DNA of 64,000 nt. It comes from Octopus sinensis (lineage: Eukaryota). Under the pieces are notes generated by a model. The model searched no databases and was not told the DNA's origin. It worked only from the letters and a program-made list of their open reading frames with translations. The stretch's first letter is position 1. The number at the start of each line of letters is the position of its first letter. The DNA is taken from the NCBI RefSeq assembly GCF_006345805.1, contig NC_042999.1, forward strand, positions 71,424,001 through 71,488,000. The letters are read 5' to 3'. Both the position numbers and the translations under genes were made by a program. Below are positions 24,699-39,720 of this stretch, piece after piece.

Positions 24699-25595
24699 CT
24701 TATTCATTCATTTTATATCTAATAATCGTCTAAGATGTGGTAAATACTATGCTCAGATGAAAGTGTCGAATAAGCGTTAAACATGTTTGGAGTTGTCTCC
24801 TTGCTTTTTTTGATAGTCATTAGCTTCCAACTTTTAGTTTTTCCTCGATGTGAATTCAATCAATATATTAGCTTGAATCATTACATTGTATTTGCTATGC
24901 CCCGCCTCTAGCTGCAAGATTTATTTTGAAGAAGATATTTCTGGGTAATTCGTTGCCACTCCATTCATTATTTTCTGTCATATACCTAATTAATAATAAA
25001 CTGCCCACTTTCGATATACAATCAGCAGCCATACTTGTAACAGCTCATCTTTAAAATATATCCATTTCTAACTAATGACACAAGTAGCTCAACTAGGGAA
25101 ATGAAAAGTCCAGACAGTACTGCATATACTCCACGGTCTAATGAAAGTCATATATAACACGTTACTGTTATATCAATATATTGTCATTGAAAAGAAAGTA
25201 GAGACTCGTGAAATCATCTGTTCTGCTTGCCAACAAGAAATGAAAGAGATAGATTTTCACTTTGATTACCAATTAGACTTACAAAATAATATCCCCCCAC
25301 TTTTTTTTACTTATTTCCTTGCTAGCATTATATTCGAAAGGTGATGGAGCAGAGTTGAACTGAAAACATCAACAACCAGAAGGGAATCCTCAAAAGATTT
25401 TTTCCCCGCGAATCGTTAGAATCGGAAAAATGTTTTGTGGCATTTTTTCCATTCGTTTACGTTCTAAATTTAAATCTAACCGAGATTAACTTTCTGTTTA
25501 ATCTCCTTAATCTCCAATCAGAGTCGATAAAATAAAGTATCAGTCAAGTACTAGGGTCGATGCAAGTGATTTCCCTCTGCCTGCATCGGAAAACA

Positions 25596-25732
25596 TTCTT
25601 CTTCTTCTTCTTCTTCTTCTTCTTCTCTTCTTCTTCTTCTTCTTCTCTTCTTCTTCTTCTTCTTCTTCTTCTTCTTCTTCTTCTTCTTCTTCTTCTTCTT
25701 CTTCTTCTTCTTCTTCTTCTTCTTCTTCTTCA
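25596..25732. repeat. (TTC)n microsatellite
   Basis: Direct reading. Confidence 0.95.
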
Positions 25733-26809
25733 TAATAGTAGTATTAGTTGTAATAGTAGCATTTCTAGCAGAGATGGCTTCTCTTCTACCTGTTGATGTA
25801 TTATCGTTGCCTTTGTTCCCATGGTAATGCTTAATAGCGTGCCCGTAATATCTTGGCAAGTTCCACTCAACTGCAACGTCACATTAAACAAGTGTGTTCT
25901 AGCATAACGTTGGTTTAACTTAAAACCCCGAGAAGGAAGTTTGATTGACAGAAAACCGTAAGTCAATCGGAGGAACTGTTCCTCTTCATATGAAGCACAC
26001 TTAATATGTGGTCCTTTTTGACAGCACCACTTAGCCCTTGGGTGACTATGATCTCCTTTATTCCAAGCTGTGGGGCTAGGTCACCAATGTGTGAATTACT
26101 GTATCTGATAGCATGAAACCCGTACGAGGATATTAGATGCACCCCAATTCAGCAACCTATATTCAGAAAAAAGAGCTCTAGGGGCAAAATTAAACTATGG
26201 GTAACTCAACTTCATGTATAGGATCCGGTGTGAATTTTTTTGAGATATATTCTGAGGAAAAGAGGATTTTCGTCTTGTGTTTCATAAAATACAGTATTTC
26301 TGCGCTTCGACAAGAAATGGTGGTCCTGAATGGTTCACGGCCTCATCCTTCTTTTTCTGATTCGGCCAATTTTTTGTAATGGACATAAGAGAGGAAAGAG
26401 GATATTCCTCCCCTGCTTTCGGCAAGAAATCGTAAATGCTTCGTTTTATTTACAGGTCAGGGCAAGCGCCATTACAGTGCGTTACTGTATTCAGCATTTG
26501 TCGATATCTGCTCGGGTCATCCCAGGTAATCCTCCAGGCAGTGTTCCAGAAATTTCCATTTTCACGAAATTTTTCCTCATCCGCCGTGCTCATGCGGCCT
26601 GTGGCCGAACGACACGAGCTGTCACCCTAGCCTATTCATCAGAGAATACAGCTCATATCTAATGAATTTCGTAAAAAAGCGTGAATTGCAAGACTTTATA
26701 TTGGTATTCTCATAAATTATCTGTTAGAATCTCATCTGGCTTACAAATGATATATTACCTAACTGTCGCTAGATGGGTAAATAATAGAAATAATTGGCGC
26801 TGAAGTTGA

Positions 26810-28205
26810 CTATATTGTTGATAATGACAATGATGATGATAATGATTTTAATGACGACGACAGTGAGGGTCGTGATGACGACAATGATGATGATGATTAT
26901 GTTGATTACAACGAAGGTGATGATCACGATGTCGATGATGATGATGATGGTGATGAGGATTTTGTTGGTGGTGGTACTGCTGCTGCTGATAATGCAGCAT
27001 TGCAATAGAGTGAATTCTGACAGTGGCCATGGTAGCTGCAAGTCTATAAAATTGCTGTATTTGAAGGTGTTTGCCATTTGCGACAATGCCGAATACTCTG
27101 TCGTACGAAACGATGGTTATGCATAATGATGAGGATGATAGCGACGATGATATTGCTGCTGCAGCTGATGATGACAATGATGATGATAATGATGATGATG
27201 ATGACGATGATGACGATGATGATGATGATGATGAAGATGATGATGCTAGTATTTGGCGATGATATTATGCTAGTATTATGATGATGCTAGTATTATGGCG
27301 ATGATAATGTGGATTCTAATGGCAAGGATGACAAACGAGATTTATGTTGTTGATGTCGATGATGGCGTGTGTGTTTGATATTCATGATGATGATAATGGT
27401 GGCGGTGGCCGGTGATGACGATGACGACGATGATGATGATGATGATGATGATGAGGATCATGATGATGATCATGATGATCATGATCGTGACGAGAATAAA
27501 ATGGATGATAAAGTTAATGATAGAAACGATGACGATAATAATGATGTAAATATATTGATGATGCACATGATGATAATGATGACTTTAATGTTGTTATGAG
27601 AACGATAAGGTGTTATTGATGTCAACATATTAACTGCTGCTATTGTTTCATTCGTGATTAATAGATGTGATTGAAACCATGAAAGATTCCACGACGATGG
27701 TGATGGCAACACTGACTTAAAATGTATTCATGGCAGCAATGGTGGATTCTTTAATGTATTTTCTTGTGACGATGATGATAGTGATGACGATGATGACGAT
27801 GACGACGATGATGCACATGATGATGATGATGATGATGATGACGATGGTGGTGATGGTCGTCGTGGTCGTGGTCGTGATGATGGTGATGATGACGATGTTG
27901 GTGACGGTGGAGGTGATGATGATAATGATGATAATGATGATGATGATGATGATGACATCGACGATGATGATTACTGTAAACTTGACGGTTGTGATAATTA
28001 TGATTGGATGCTGCTGTAGATGATGACCATTCTCATCGTCTTGCTGATGAGGATAACGTTTATCTCAACAACATCAATAATATCGACGATGTTCATGACG
28101 ATCATGTTGTTCTTGATTATGATAATGATGACGATGATGATGTTGATAACGATGACGCTGATGACGATGGCTGTGGTTATGATGATGATGATGATGAGGA
28201 TGATG
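26810..28205. repeat. Degenerate (GAT/GAC/GGT)n low-complexity region, ~1.4 kb
   Basis: Direct reading; poly-D/M/stop frames are interrupted repeatedly. Confidence 0.9.
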
Positions 28206-28775
28206 ACGACGATGATGCAAAACAAAAGTAAAATGCAAACAAAATATCATTGGCTGGTTTTGATAGCAACAGCAATTTCCCTTTATAGCTATCATAAATT
28301 AAGTCATACAAACGTAGACAATATTAATGATGCTGACGTCCATAATAATAACCTGTTCATTTATTTCCTCCAAGAATCTATTCATGCGTACAAAATTATG
28401 TAACAAAAGGGGTTACAGGAAGAGATGGAATGTATACACATAATTATATATAGAAATGAAAGGTGGAGCATACACATTATGTAATAGATTGATATAAAAA
28501 CTTTAAAGAAATTGATACAAATAATTATAGATAAATACAACAGACTGCATGTATACGTATGTATGGATATACGTACGTATGTATGTGTGTACGTATGTAT
28601 GTACGTATGTACGTATGTATGCATGTATGTATGTATGCATGTATGTATGCATGTATGTATGCATGCATATATGTATGTATATATATGTGTATGTGTGTAT
28701 GCATGTGTGTATGTATATATGTGTATGTTTGCATGGAGGTATGTGTAATTAAGTATTATGTAATTAAGTATGTAT

Positions 28776-29164
28776 AGGGGCTGGAGTGGTTGTGTGGTAA
28801 GTAGCTTGTTTACCAATCACATGGTCCTGGGTTCAGTCGCACTGCGTGGCACCTTGGATAAGTGTCTTCTACTATAACCTCGGGCCGACCAAATCCTTGT
28901 GAGTGAATTTGGCATACGAAAACTGAAAGAAGCCCGTCCTATATATATGTTTGTGTGTCTGTGTTTGTCCTCCCGCAATCGCTTGATAACCGATGTTGGG
29001 GTGTATACGTCCCCGTAACATAGCGGTTCGGCAAACGTAACAGTTAGAATAAGTACTAGGCTTGCAACGAACAAGTCCTGGGGTCGATTTGTTCGACTAA
29101 AGGCTGTACTCCAGCATGACCGCAGTCAATTGACTTAAACAAATAAAAGAACGAAAGAATAAAG
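28776..29164 (+). mobile_element. SINE group A, full length
   Basis: GGAGTGGTTGTGTGGTAAG...GGTTCAGTCGCAC...AAATAAAAGAACGAAAGAATAAAAG. Confidence 0.9.
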
Positions 29165-30289
29165 TAATGTATACATTTATGTACGTGCGTGTCTGTCTGT
29201 ATGTATGTGTATGTATGTATGTGTATGTATGTATGTATGTATGTATTAATATATGTATGTATGCGTTCGAGCGTACGTATGTGTGTGCGTGCGTGTGTAT
29301 GAGTGTATGTGTGTGCGTGAATGCGTATGTATGTATGCATCTGTTAGTATTCAACTTTTTTCAAGATTTCTTGCCAATAGAGATATATACGGTTTCTAAC
29401 CTAGATCGAAAGCTCCTTTATTTGGATTTCAAAAACAGGAATGGGGTATCTGTGCATGCTCATGTGAATGAGCTCAGTATTTGGGGTGCATGTGCAGATT
29501 GGGATGCATAGTTTGATGTATATATTCTAATGCATATAGCTGCATGCCTAGGTACTGTATACTTACATAAATAATTTCTGAAAAGTTTTACAATTTTTAC
29601 AGTTTCATATCCGGATTCAGAATCCGAATTTCTCAAGATTGTTACTTAATCAATTTGTTACATGATCCCAATAATTACAGGTATAAACCTGAACTTGTAA
29701 TATGGGTAGAGTAAAAGTAAATTTTTGAAAATGTCAGCGTAGATAGTTTATTTTTCGTTGACATCTGGTGGACAGCTGATTTCAAATAGATAGATAGATA
29801 GATATATGTGCGTTTGTGCTCGTGTGTGTATGTGACTGTTGATTAATTCATCCACCTTAGAAGAATGAAAGTGAAAGTTGAACTGGTAACATAAAGGGAG
29901 TAACCCAAAGCTGAAACAGCATTACCCAAGACTTTACAGAATCAGCCAATCGTCTAAGTTTTTGCTAACCACCGCCATCTTTTCCAAGCAGCACCGCCTA
30001 CTCTGGCAACAACCGACTTCTGAACAATAATCAATGGCAAAAGTGACAACAATGATAATAACAGTAATTTTAATTTTAATGATGATGATGATGATGAATA
30101 ATGCAGCTGCATCTATTTATTTCCCTTTCAGCTGCTGCTCATTATAGTCATTATCATGATCACTATCATCATTATTCCTAACGTTAGGACAAACTACAAC
30201 TTTTGCAGAATACATCGGGTGATTATATTAACGGTAGTATTCGAATAGCGAAGTTTGAATTAAATAGAACAGGACAGTTGGATTTAAAC

Positions 30290-30532
30290 TCAGAAACAAA
30301 AGGCGATAAAATTTTGGCACAAGGCCAGCAATTTCAAGGGAAGAGTTAAGTCGATCACATCGTCACCAGTATGCATCATATATTTATTTTATCGAACCCG
30401 ACATGATGAATGGCAGGGAAGTTGAATTGACATGATGAATGGCAGCGGAAATCGAATTCAAAAGTAAAGTCCGACGAAATGCCGCTAAGCATTTTGTCCG
30501 GCGTGCTAACGGTTCTGCCAGCTAGCTGCCTT
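30290..30532 (-). mobile_element. SINE group C, first of a tandem pair
   Basis: Reverse head AAGGCAGCTAGCTGGCAGAACCGTTAGCACGCCGG; contains an internal 17-bp duplication GACATGATGAATGGCAG. Confidence 0.75.
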
Positions 30533-30544
30533 AAATAAAACTAA

Positions 30545-30767
30545 ATAATGGTTTCAAATTTTGGTATAAGGCCAACAATTTCGTGGGGTGGGTGCTAAGT
30601 CGATTACATCTATCCCAGTGCTTAAAGGTAATTATTTCATAGACCCCGAAAAAATAAAAGGCAATATTGTCCTCGGCGGAATTTGAACTCAGAGCGTAAA
30701 GCTGGATGAAACAATACTAAGAAACTTTTGCCCGGCGTGTTAAAGCCTCTGCCAGCTCAACGCCTCA
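30545..30767 (-). mobile_element. SINE group C, second of a tandem pair
   Basis: CTCGGCGGAATTTGAACTCAGAGCG...CCCGGCGTG..CTGCCAGCTC. Confidence 0.75.
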
Positions 30768-30864
30768 GATGAAATTAAATATTACAAACCAGCTCTCTGC
30801 TATTTTTGCATTTCTTACATCCCACATCCATAAATAACAATAACACCAACCTAATATTACAGCG

Positions 30865-30916
<52 letters not shown>

Positions 30917-31659
30917 TAATAATAAACCAGCTTAAAAACGAAATATAAACAAAGCAAAGATTGGTGTATGTTATTTCCAATGAAACCTAATATACATTAT
31001 AAAACTTTATACTGACAACTTAAATGTATTTTTGTTCTGTGAAAGGTCTTTAAAAACGATCAATATTTCGTTACAGCTGAAGGTTTTCCAATAAATTATA
31101 TTGCAAATGTATAAAAAATAACGTAAGAGTAATTTCACTAAGATTTTAGTTTTCCAAAGTTTTTCTACCGCACAAACATATACGTAGGTAAAGAAACAAA
31201 CTGAAGCACATTCAAATATGGAGTATCCGCGTTCAATGTGTGTTATATCATATGTATGTGTGCACATTTGAGTGTGCATATATGCATATATCTAATGTAT
31301 ATGTATATATATGCACATTCACGCATATAACACACACACATACACACACACACATATATATGTGTGTGTGTGTGTACGTGGTGTGTGTGTGTTATATGCG
31401 TGAATGTATGTGCGTATTATAAACGGGATACTTTCAAGAATAAAATGAAGGAATCAAATGAAAATATTGATTGATAATAGATATAGAAGAAAAACTGGGA
31501 AATATTTATTGCACTGGCAATTGGTACCATAGCCTACATTTAACATCCAAATATATGCGATATGAATCATGTAAAACTGAGATACAAATGCAATTAAAAT
31601 AAAAGGAAATTTTACCTTTGAAAAAAGTTTCTCTGAAAAAGGGATAAAAATTTAGTAAG

Positions 31660-31860
31660 GCAAAAATTCATCAACGCATCATGCAGCTGCACCACTAGCA
31701 ATATCTATTACAAGAATGGCTCAAGTTTAAGCGCTCTCTGTTTGATCATTAAATTTGAGCGTAATAGTATCGCCTTGTAAATTGAGAATCATAGGTCAAA
31801 TGTAAGCAACAGAGTTGTAGAAAGGGACACCAAGAAAATGGAAATTTCAGCTTCAACCAA
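31660..31860 (+). mobile_element. Possible very old Tc1 transposase C-terminal remnant
   Basis: LQEWLK..., then RNSIAL*IENHRSNVSNRV, resembles W...WPGNSPDLNPIENLWS.VK.RV across frameshifts. Confidence 0.35.
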
Positions 31861-34426
31861 CTACAATCTTTATAAATATATCTCATAACAAATATTTATG
31901 ATTAGCTATGATCTTTTTTTAAGGATATTTTGCGGATAAATAAGAAAGTACATACCCCGAAAAAGTCCAGATATTATTAATTGGATGTTCAAGTAAGGAA
32001 TTGAAGATGTAATGATATTTATAAATATTAAATTACCCAGAAGAAATAGTGCTATAGCCGGCGCTTAACATGCAAATACACGCAATTACAATATAAATAT
32101 TGAAAACTGACGTAATAAAAATCTAGTTACATTAAGGAAAGAAATCTCAGAACGCCGCATAGATTTGTATACGAGATTTGGATACGAGATAATTCATTAC
32201 CTATAGGGAAAATGATACAACACCGTGACGTAGCGATGCCATCAGTGTAGTTTAGAGATAGCATGATACAAACTCTATTTGACCTTAAACTAGCAGCGAG
32301 ATATTGCCAAGGAATACAATTAAATATTATTAAAATCTGTCTGTCTATCTTTTTACACACGCACATAAACACAAATAAGCACACACATACACACGCACGC
32401 ACACACACACACACACAAACACAAATAACCGCAGTATTAATTTACGTGGTATACTTTATGGCTTTCGGATCCAGTTCCAAAAGAAGTATTTCAATCAATC
32501 GTAACTTGGTTGGTAGGGTCACTTTGCACTGTTTTATTTTGTGAGAAACTCTTAAGTGTTAAATTTTCTATTTATTCACCCGAAGAAAAGCTTTCTTTTT
32601 TTGTTCTTTTATAACACTTTTGTTCATCAATAAAGAGCACATTTAAAGCAGCTGCATTGAACATCAACCTATCTGTGTTATTGTTTATATATGTGTTATT
32701 GTTTATATATGTGTGTTTATATATATATATGTGTGTGTGTTTATCTGTGTGTGTGTGTGTGTATGTGTATTCCTTTTTTGAAATTGAATCTTGATGTACA
32801 TATGAAGTCTGTCAGCTATTTTTCGGCAGCTTGTGTGACCCTGATTAGGCTACTTAGTTGGCTCAAACCAAGATGTAAAATAGTGTTATTGCTCATTTAC
32901 GAGGCGTAAAATGTATGAACAGTTTCATTTGTAGTGAATGTATCGCATAACCCAGATGTAGAAGAAATAACGCCAGGAAATTTAGAAACGTTGGAAACGT
33001 TTTAGAAACAGCAGTGGATGGTCTTTTTCACAGTGTGACGACGAGTATTTCAAGATATTTACTCTTGCCTGTTAAGCAAGAAAGATGTAGTAGCCATGAC
33101 TTCTAACAGGGCTTCCTAGACAGGTTGGAGGACGAGAAGAAAATATCCACAAGCCGGAAAGCTAGACCATATGATTACAAAACTGTGGGCACCTCTGAAA
33201 ACTCGGTGCTCATGTTAAACCGTACGGCAAATTAAGTGTACCACCTCTAGTAGATTCGTTACCCCTGAAACCATAGACACTTCTTATGGAATGTCAATTA
33301 ATCTTCCTTTGAATGTATTCCATGTAAAGATGAAAGATTTTTGAAATTACAACATCAAAAGAATTTAAGAAAATAAAGGTGAATGTAAAATATAAGCAAA
33401 CGACAATAGTTTAAAATTAAATTTTTGTAACATTTATTTTTAAACTTGTCACTTATCTTAAAAAGCGTTCATTTGTATTGCGATTAGGATCTTGGCATCC
33501 ATTAAAAAGAAATCTTTTTCGAGATGTGCATTTTTTAAAGCTGTAGTGAATAAAACTAATTTATGCCAATATATTATAATCAGCGTCGAATAGAATACTC
33601 AAATATCAACTTCACTACGCAACTGGTAACAAGGTGAGAATCTATTGGAACTACGAAACAAATACAAATCATACATTCATTCAGATGTTATGGTTATCTT
33701 CAATTTCATTTCTATTTTTCCATAGATATACAATAATATTAAAAAATTTCACACAGCTTCTGAATCGAGAATGAGGAATTAATTCACCTCCAACAGCTTA
33801 AAGATTTATTATCTGAAGTAAATATTGTGATTTAGAAGTGATTTAAGATTGAAGAGTGAAGGAATATTTAAATACTTTAAATTGGGTAATTCTGAATTTC
33901 GAATATGTTTTTTTTTTATCACTGGTTTTCTGTGTCTATGTTTTTAAAGTTCACTGTGTAAGTGCAAAAACGAAAATCAGAAAAAAATTTAAATGTAAAC
34001 TTCTAAGATTACCTACTGTTTTCCTGTTCCCCAAATCGCAGCAACTATATCGTTAGGAGCTACAGATATATTATAGATATCTTATATTGAACGAAGCTAT
34101 TAGTAGTGCTATTAAATGTGCCACCGTTATGATTGCTACAAATAAAATCACTACTTTAAAAAGAAAAATATGAAAACAACAGTCAACAATAACAACAACA
34201 AAATAAAGTCATATAATTATATCTACAACTCAAACAAATGAGTGAATCTCCACACGGTCATACATCACGCCAGAATTAGCAGCTATGTCACCTTTAAATA
34301 ACATTCTACCATCTAAAAAATGACCCAAAACTTAAAGTGCACAGAAGATAAGTACAACCACTTCGTAGATCAGGACTAATCTCTTTATGCTTTTGTTTCT
34401 TCTGCATCTGATGCTCTTCCTCTCCT

Positions 34427-34558
34427 CCTCTATCTTCTTCTTCTTCTTCTTCTTCTTCTTCTTCTTCTTCTTCTTCTTCTTCTTCTTCTTCTTCTTCTTC
34501 TTCTTCTTTTTCTTCTTCTTCTTCTTCTTCTTCTTCTTCTTCTTCTTCTTTCTTCTTC
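34427..34558. repeat. (TTC)n microsatellite
   Basis: Direct reading. Confidence 0.95.
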
Positions 34559-34710
34559 CTACACACACACACACATACACATACATATATATATGCGTGT
34601 ATATATACATATACAGATGTAGTCAACTAAATTTAGATAAATAACATTTTTTGTTAATCTGTTATTATTTTATAATAATTTCCCCCGTAACCCCGTTACT
34701 TAGCCCATCC

Positions 34711-34957
34711 GTAACGCTTTCACGTGATTATTTGAAGGGTGAGCCGAAGAGCAGGAGTAAAAGAGGGAGATAGAAAAAAAGGAGAGAGAGGCGTCCATGA
34801 CGTGAGATAGAAGGAATGTAATTGTAACACTTTCACGTGGTTAGTTGAAGGGAAAGAGAGAATAAGAGGGGAAAAAGAAAAAGGAAAGAGAGAAAGAGGA
34901 TAAGGCGAAGAGTGAGGCAAAAAGAGGGAGAGAGAAGCGTCCATTACGTGAGTTAGT
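34711..34957 (+). repeat. Two diverged direct repeats with purine-rich cores, probably part of a non-autonomous element
   Basis: GTAAC.CTTTCACGTG.TTA.TTGAAGGG ... GCGTCCAT.ACGTGAG.TAG at 34711-34810 and 34824-34957. Confidence 0.6.
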
Positions 34958-36326
34958 GTGAACGTTATATTTATTAGGTGGTTAAAAGAGTTAGTTGAAG
35001 GTAGTTATATAGAGGAGGAGAGTTAGCTGTATAATTTTAGCAGAGGGGTGATGTTCTGATGGTGAGGTTAAATGAAGAAATAAAGAAAGAGAGAGAGAGA
35101 ATGTGAGATGAAGATAGTGGTAGTGAAGGTGCTGGTGATGGTGATGGTGGTGGATGAAAGGTGTACGCAAATCGAAATAGGTAATGGCTCTGACCCACCA
35201 TTTTGGCTTATATGTTACCAACGATGTGCTTCTCAGAGTATGCCATGATGCATTAAATTTTTATCCCCGTGAAATTGTAACCCCTATATTTTTCATCTAA
35301 AATATTTTTTCAATAAAAAAAATTTTGTTTTTTTGGTATGAAATTTTGACCATGCAAATTTTAAAATGTAATTGTTTTGTTAATGGGAAAATGGAGAAAT
35401 AAGAGTGAATATTTATTCTGAGTGTTATGTATTAAGTCTATAAAATTGTGCACAAAATATATAAAATGTATATATATGTGAATTAAGTATTGATCGTACT
35501 CCAGTTTCTTTCACTTTATAATGAATAGCAGATGAATGACTATCTTTTGCTACAGACTATGCTACAACACAGGCTATGCTTTTATTTTATTTAAAATTTT
35601 AATAAATTTTTCCAAAATAACCCAATAGGCCTACCATTAAATCCGTGAAATATTCACGGGTCCCGCTTGACTTTCGGTGTCTTGCTCATTGTTACTTGAA
35701 ATGGTGCAATTTTTATTTTCCCCATATTTATTATTCTTTCGGTAAATAACTAAATCATTGATTAGAGTATTTAACACGGAAATCTATTGTGCTTATTTTT
35801 TAAATATAATATTTAAGTAAAATAATGTATTTTGCGAGTTAAAAAGTTATTCTTTTCCTCGCTTTGATACATCAATATTCATATAAATATAACTGTAGCT
35901 ATCCATGTCCTTGATACGTTGTTCATAGCACAATTCTTCTCTAGAGCATTTCATTACACTTCAACATTTTCTTTTACTTTTTTCCCCTTTATACCTTAAC
36001 TTGAGGCACGTTCCCATATTAATTGTCAATAAAACAGCTATTCCATTTCATTCCAATTATATCGTAACAACGTTAGCTGAATGATTTGGTAACAATTGTC
36101 CGTCATTATTTGCTTCTCTCAAGCGTTGTTATATTTCTTAGTTTTGTTTCTGTTTCTATTCTTCTTCCTTTGTGCAATATTCCGCTGTGACTTCTATTAT
36201 TTTTTTGAACTTAGATATATGTAAAAAATCAATGAATTTCAAATATTCACATTTAAAGTTATAACTATTTCATTATGTATCATATCCCAGTGATATAGGA
36301 TATGTTCATACTACATGAATATACAT

Positions 36327-36365
<39 letters not shown>

Positions 36366-36409
36366 CACACACTACATGAATATATATTATATATATATAT
36401 ACGTAAAAA

Positions 36410-36440
<31 letters not shown>

Positions 36441-37691
36441 CGTATATCTATATGTATATATATATATATAATATATATATATTATATATATATATATATA
36501 TATAATATATATATATTATATATAAACATTCACAGTGGTATATATGATAAACCCCATATTTATGATAACGGAGTAGCTCTGGTAAATATGAATAGTAATC
36601 TATGAAAGTGATAGCAAAAACAAATAATGAAATAGAACGTGATGTATCATTATTAGCAGTTGGAGCACCTCAAATTGAAAGTGAAACTTGAAAGTTATTA
36701 CACAAGAATAATTGGTTATGTAACGCGAAAGCAATTATACGTAAAGTAACTGATAGAATGCTTGAGATAAAGTGGCGCATGTATATGGATAAATATAGAT
36801 AAATATATAAATATACATATAGATATATATGTGTGTGTGTATCTCTACGCGTGTGTTTGTGCATATGTATTTGTATGTATGTGTGTGTATCTATATATAT
36901 ATAGACATGATTTGGTGAGACTGATATATATGAAAGCGTTGAAATGTAGAGGTATACATATTTACTGTGATTTGTGAAATAAACGGAAATGAGAGATATT
37001 TGATTACTCTGTATTCAATATGGTGAAGGAAAATAATGGAGTACAAAAGTTAGCGGAGGAACTGTCAACGGGTCGTGGTCTTTACGTCAGTTCATTTAGT
37101 TGTTGCAAGTAAGTATTCAAATTTCTAGATGTACGAAGTGGTGTTGTTGCTGAACATTACTTGATCATTCATTTCACTATGATGCTGGATATATTGTATT
37201 CAGTATATGACATGTATAAATATTTGACCTTAAGAGATGATCTACATGATAAGATTTGATTTAATCTAACACGGCATTCCAAGCAACATTTTCGCTTGTG
37301 ATTATTTCATCCACTTCGACAATGTTCTGAGAAAGACATGGACTTAGTAATTCCTCTGTTTGAAGAATCTGAAGTGAACTGTTGAATACGTTTTATATCA
37401 AAATACAATTGTTTATTGCAGGCTCACTCCCCATTTCCTCCTCTCTACAAGCGTGCATGATTGTTTTTGTATACATGTGTGTATAGATACATATGCGTTT
37501 ATGAGTCAACATGAAGGAATACGGTTGGACATTTAATTTACAATCACTACAATTGTTTCTACGCAACCTAGTTCTCCAGTCGTGCAGGTACTTAATTATG
37601 CAACTGTTTCCTTGCATTATGAGATCTTATACGTTTATATATATATACATATATATATATAATATATATATATATAATATATATATATTAT

Positions 37692-37739
<48 letters not shown>

Positions 37740-37744
37740 CATAT

Positions 37745-37775
<31 letters not shown>

Positions 37776-38132
37776 GCAAGCATGCATATATGTCTGTGTG
37801 TGTATAAGTACAGAGCTGGAGAGCAGAGTGAGACCTCCTTTTTAATACATTAATTTACGTTTCTTTCATCTTAATTTAATTTCATTAATTTTGTTATACA
37901 ATAACATAAAACTAAACATTTTTTCTCCAACTGCCGTTGAAATGATATGTTAAATCAGACTCATTGGCATTATGTATAAAAACACTTTACCTAAGGAACC
38001 AGAATTATCTAGAACTTATACATATAACGAGTTGAGTGTGTTCTTACTGTTTTGTATGATAGCCAATATGCGTGGTGAGCTTACTAGACTAAAATACCGG
38101 GTTAATACCCAAATGAAATAATATATACACGA

Positions 38133-38166
<34 letters not shown>

Positions 38167-38246
38167 ATATATATATATAAATAATATATATATACGTGTA
38201 TATATATATAATATATATAATATATATAAATAATATTATATACGTG

Positions 38247-38290
<44 letters not shown>

Positions 38291-38366
38291 CATAATATAT
38301 AAATATATATATTATATATATATATATTTATAATATATATATATACATATAATCCCCCCCACACGC

Positions 38367-38430
<64 letters not shown>

Positions 38431-39526
38431 CATATATATACTCTTGTCTTCTTACCTGTTCATTTGCATTATTGTTTCTTATTTACGACAATTTTTCAAA
38501 AAGATTTTTGCAAGCAGTTTTCTTTGGTGTAAGTGAGTTTTCTTATGTTGCATATTTATAGCAGTCGCTCTGCTTTTCAAAGATATTTTCTCAGATCTTT
38601 TATGATCTTATCTTCTTTCTTTGGAGTTATTGTATAGAGTAGTCGATTTTTATACGCATTGGATTCCCCAAGTAGCACTTCACCTCTATGGCCTAATGGC
38701 TATGGGCTCGTCCCTACCCTTGCAGTGCAGCATGAAAAAGAACTGCGAGAGAAGGGAGAAGCTCATAGCTTTTAGGCCACAATGCTGAGAGAGGAGTAAA
38801 GTGTAAGTGTTTCGGCTCGTTGAGATATGTTGTAATTCACCAAAAGAAAAATGAAATTTGAACTTACTGGGCATGAAATGTTTTACCGAACATGTACATA
38901 TATCTACTTTTGGGCGATTTGATGTCTGTGCATATAAAGCCTCCTGTAAACATGTAATAATATCATGCATTTCTGTATGAGACTGGGTTATAGTTATGCG
39001 TAAGTGTGAGCGTGTATGTGAGTATATATATATCAATATAAGCGACTCTGTGCATTTGTCACAGAAGTGCTCTCTCTGTCTCTCCCTCTCTGTCTCTCTC
39101 TCTCTCTCACACACACTCTCTCTCCCCTTTTCACTCTCTCTCTCTATATATATAAGGTTTAGCATAATCTATTTACAGCATAGATTATACTTCTATTGTT
39201 TTTTTAATTTATTTCCTGGAGGCGAATACTAACGTAACCAATCGGCTCAACCTGGAATTAACAATGCAGTATAGTATGAACCTTGTTGCTGTTTTGCCAG
39301 GCGACGTAAATTGATACTGTATATAATATTTAATATTTTAGAAAGACTGACGTATCTTCGGAAATGACATATGTATGTGTGTATGCATATATATATGTGT
39401 GCGTGTATATATATATAGTATATATGTATATATATATGATATATGTATATATATATATTTATATATATTTATATATGTATGTAGTATATATATGTATGTA
39501 TGTTGTATATATAATGATGTATGTAT

Positions 39527-39597
<71 letters not shown>

Positions 39598-39608
39598 ATA
39601 TATGTATA

Positions 39609-39658
<50 letters not shown>

Positions 39659-39720
39659 GTATATATAATCTATAGATAGATAGATAAGAAAGTTGGTTTG
39701 TGAAAGCATGTGGGTGAATA

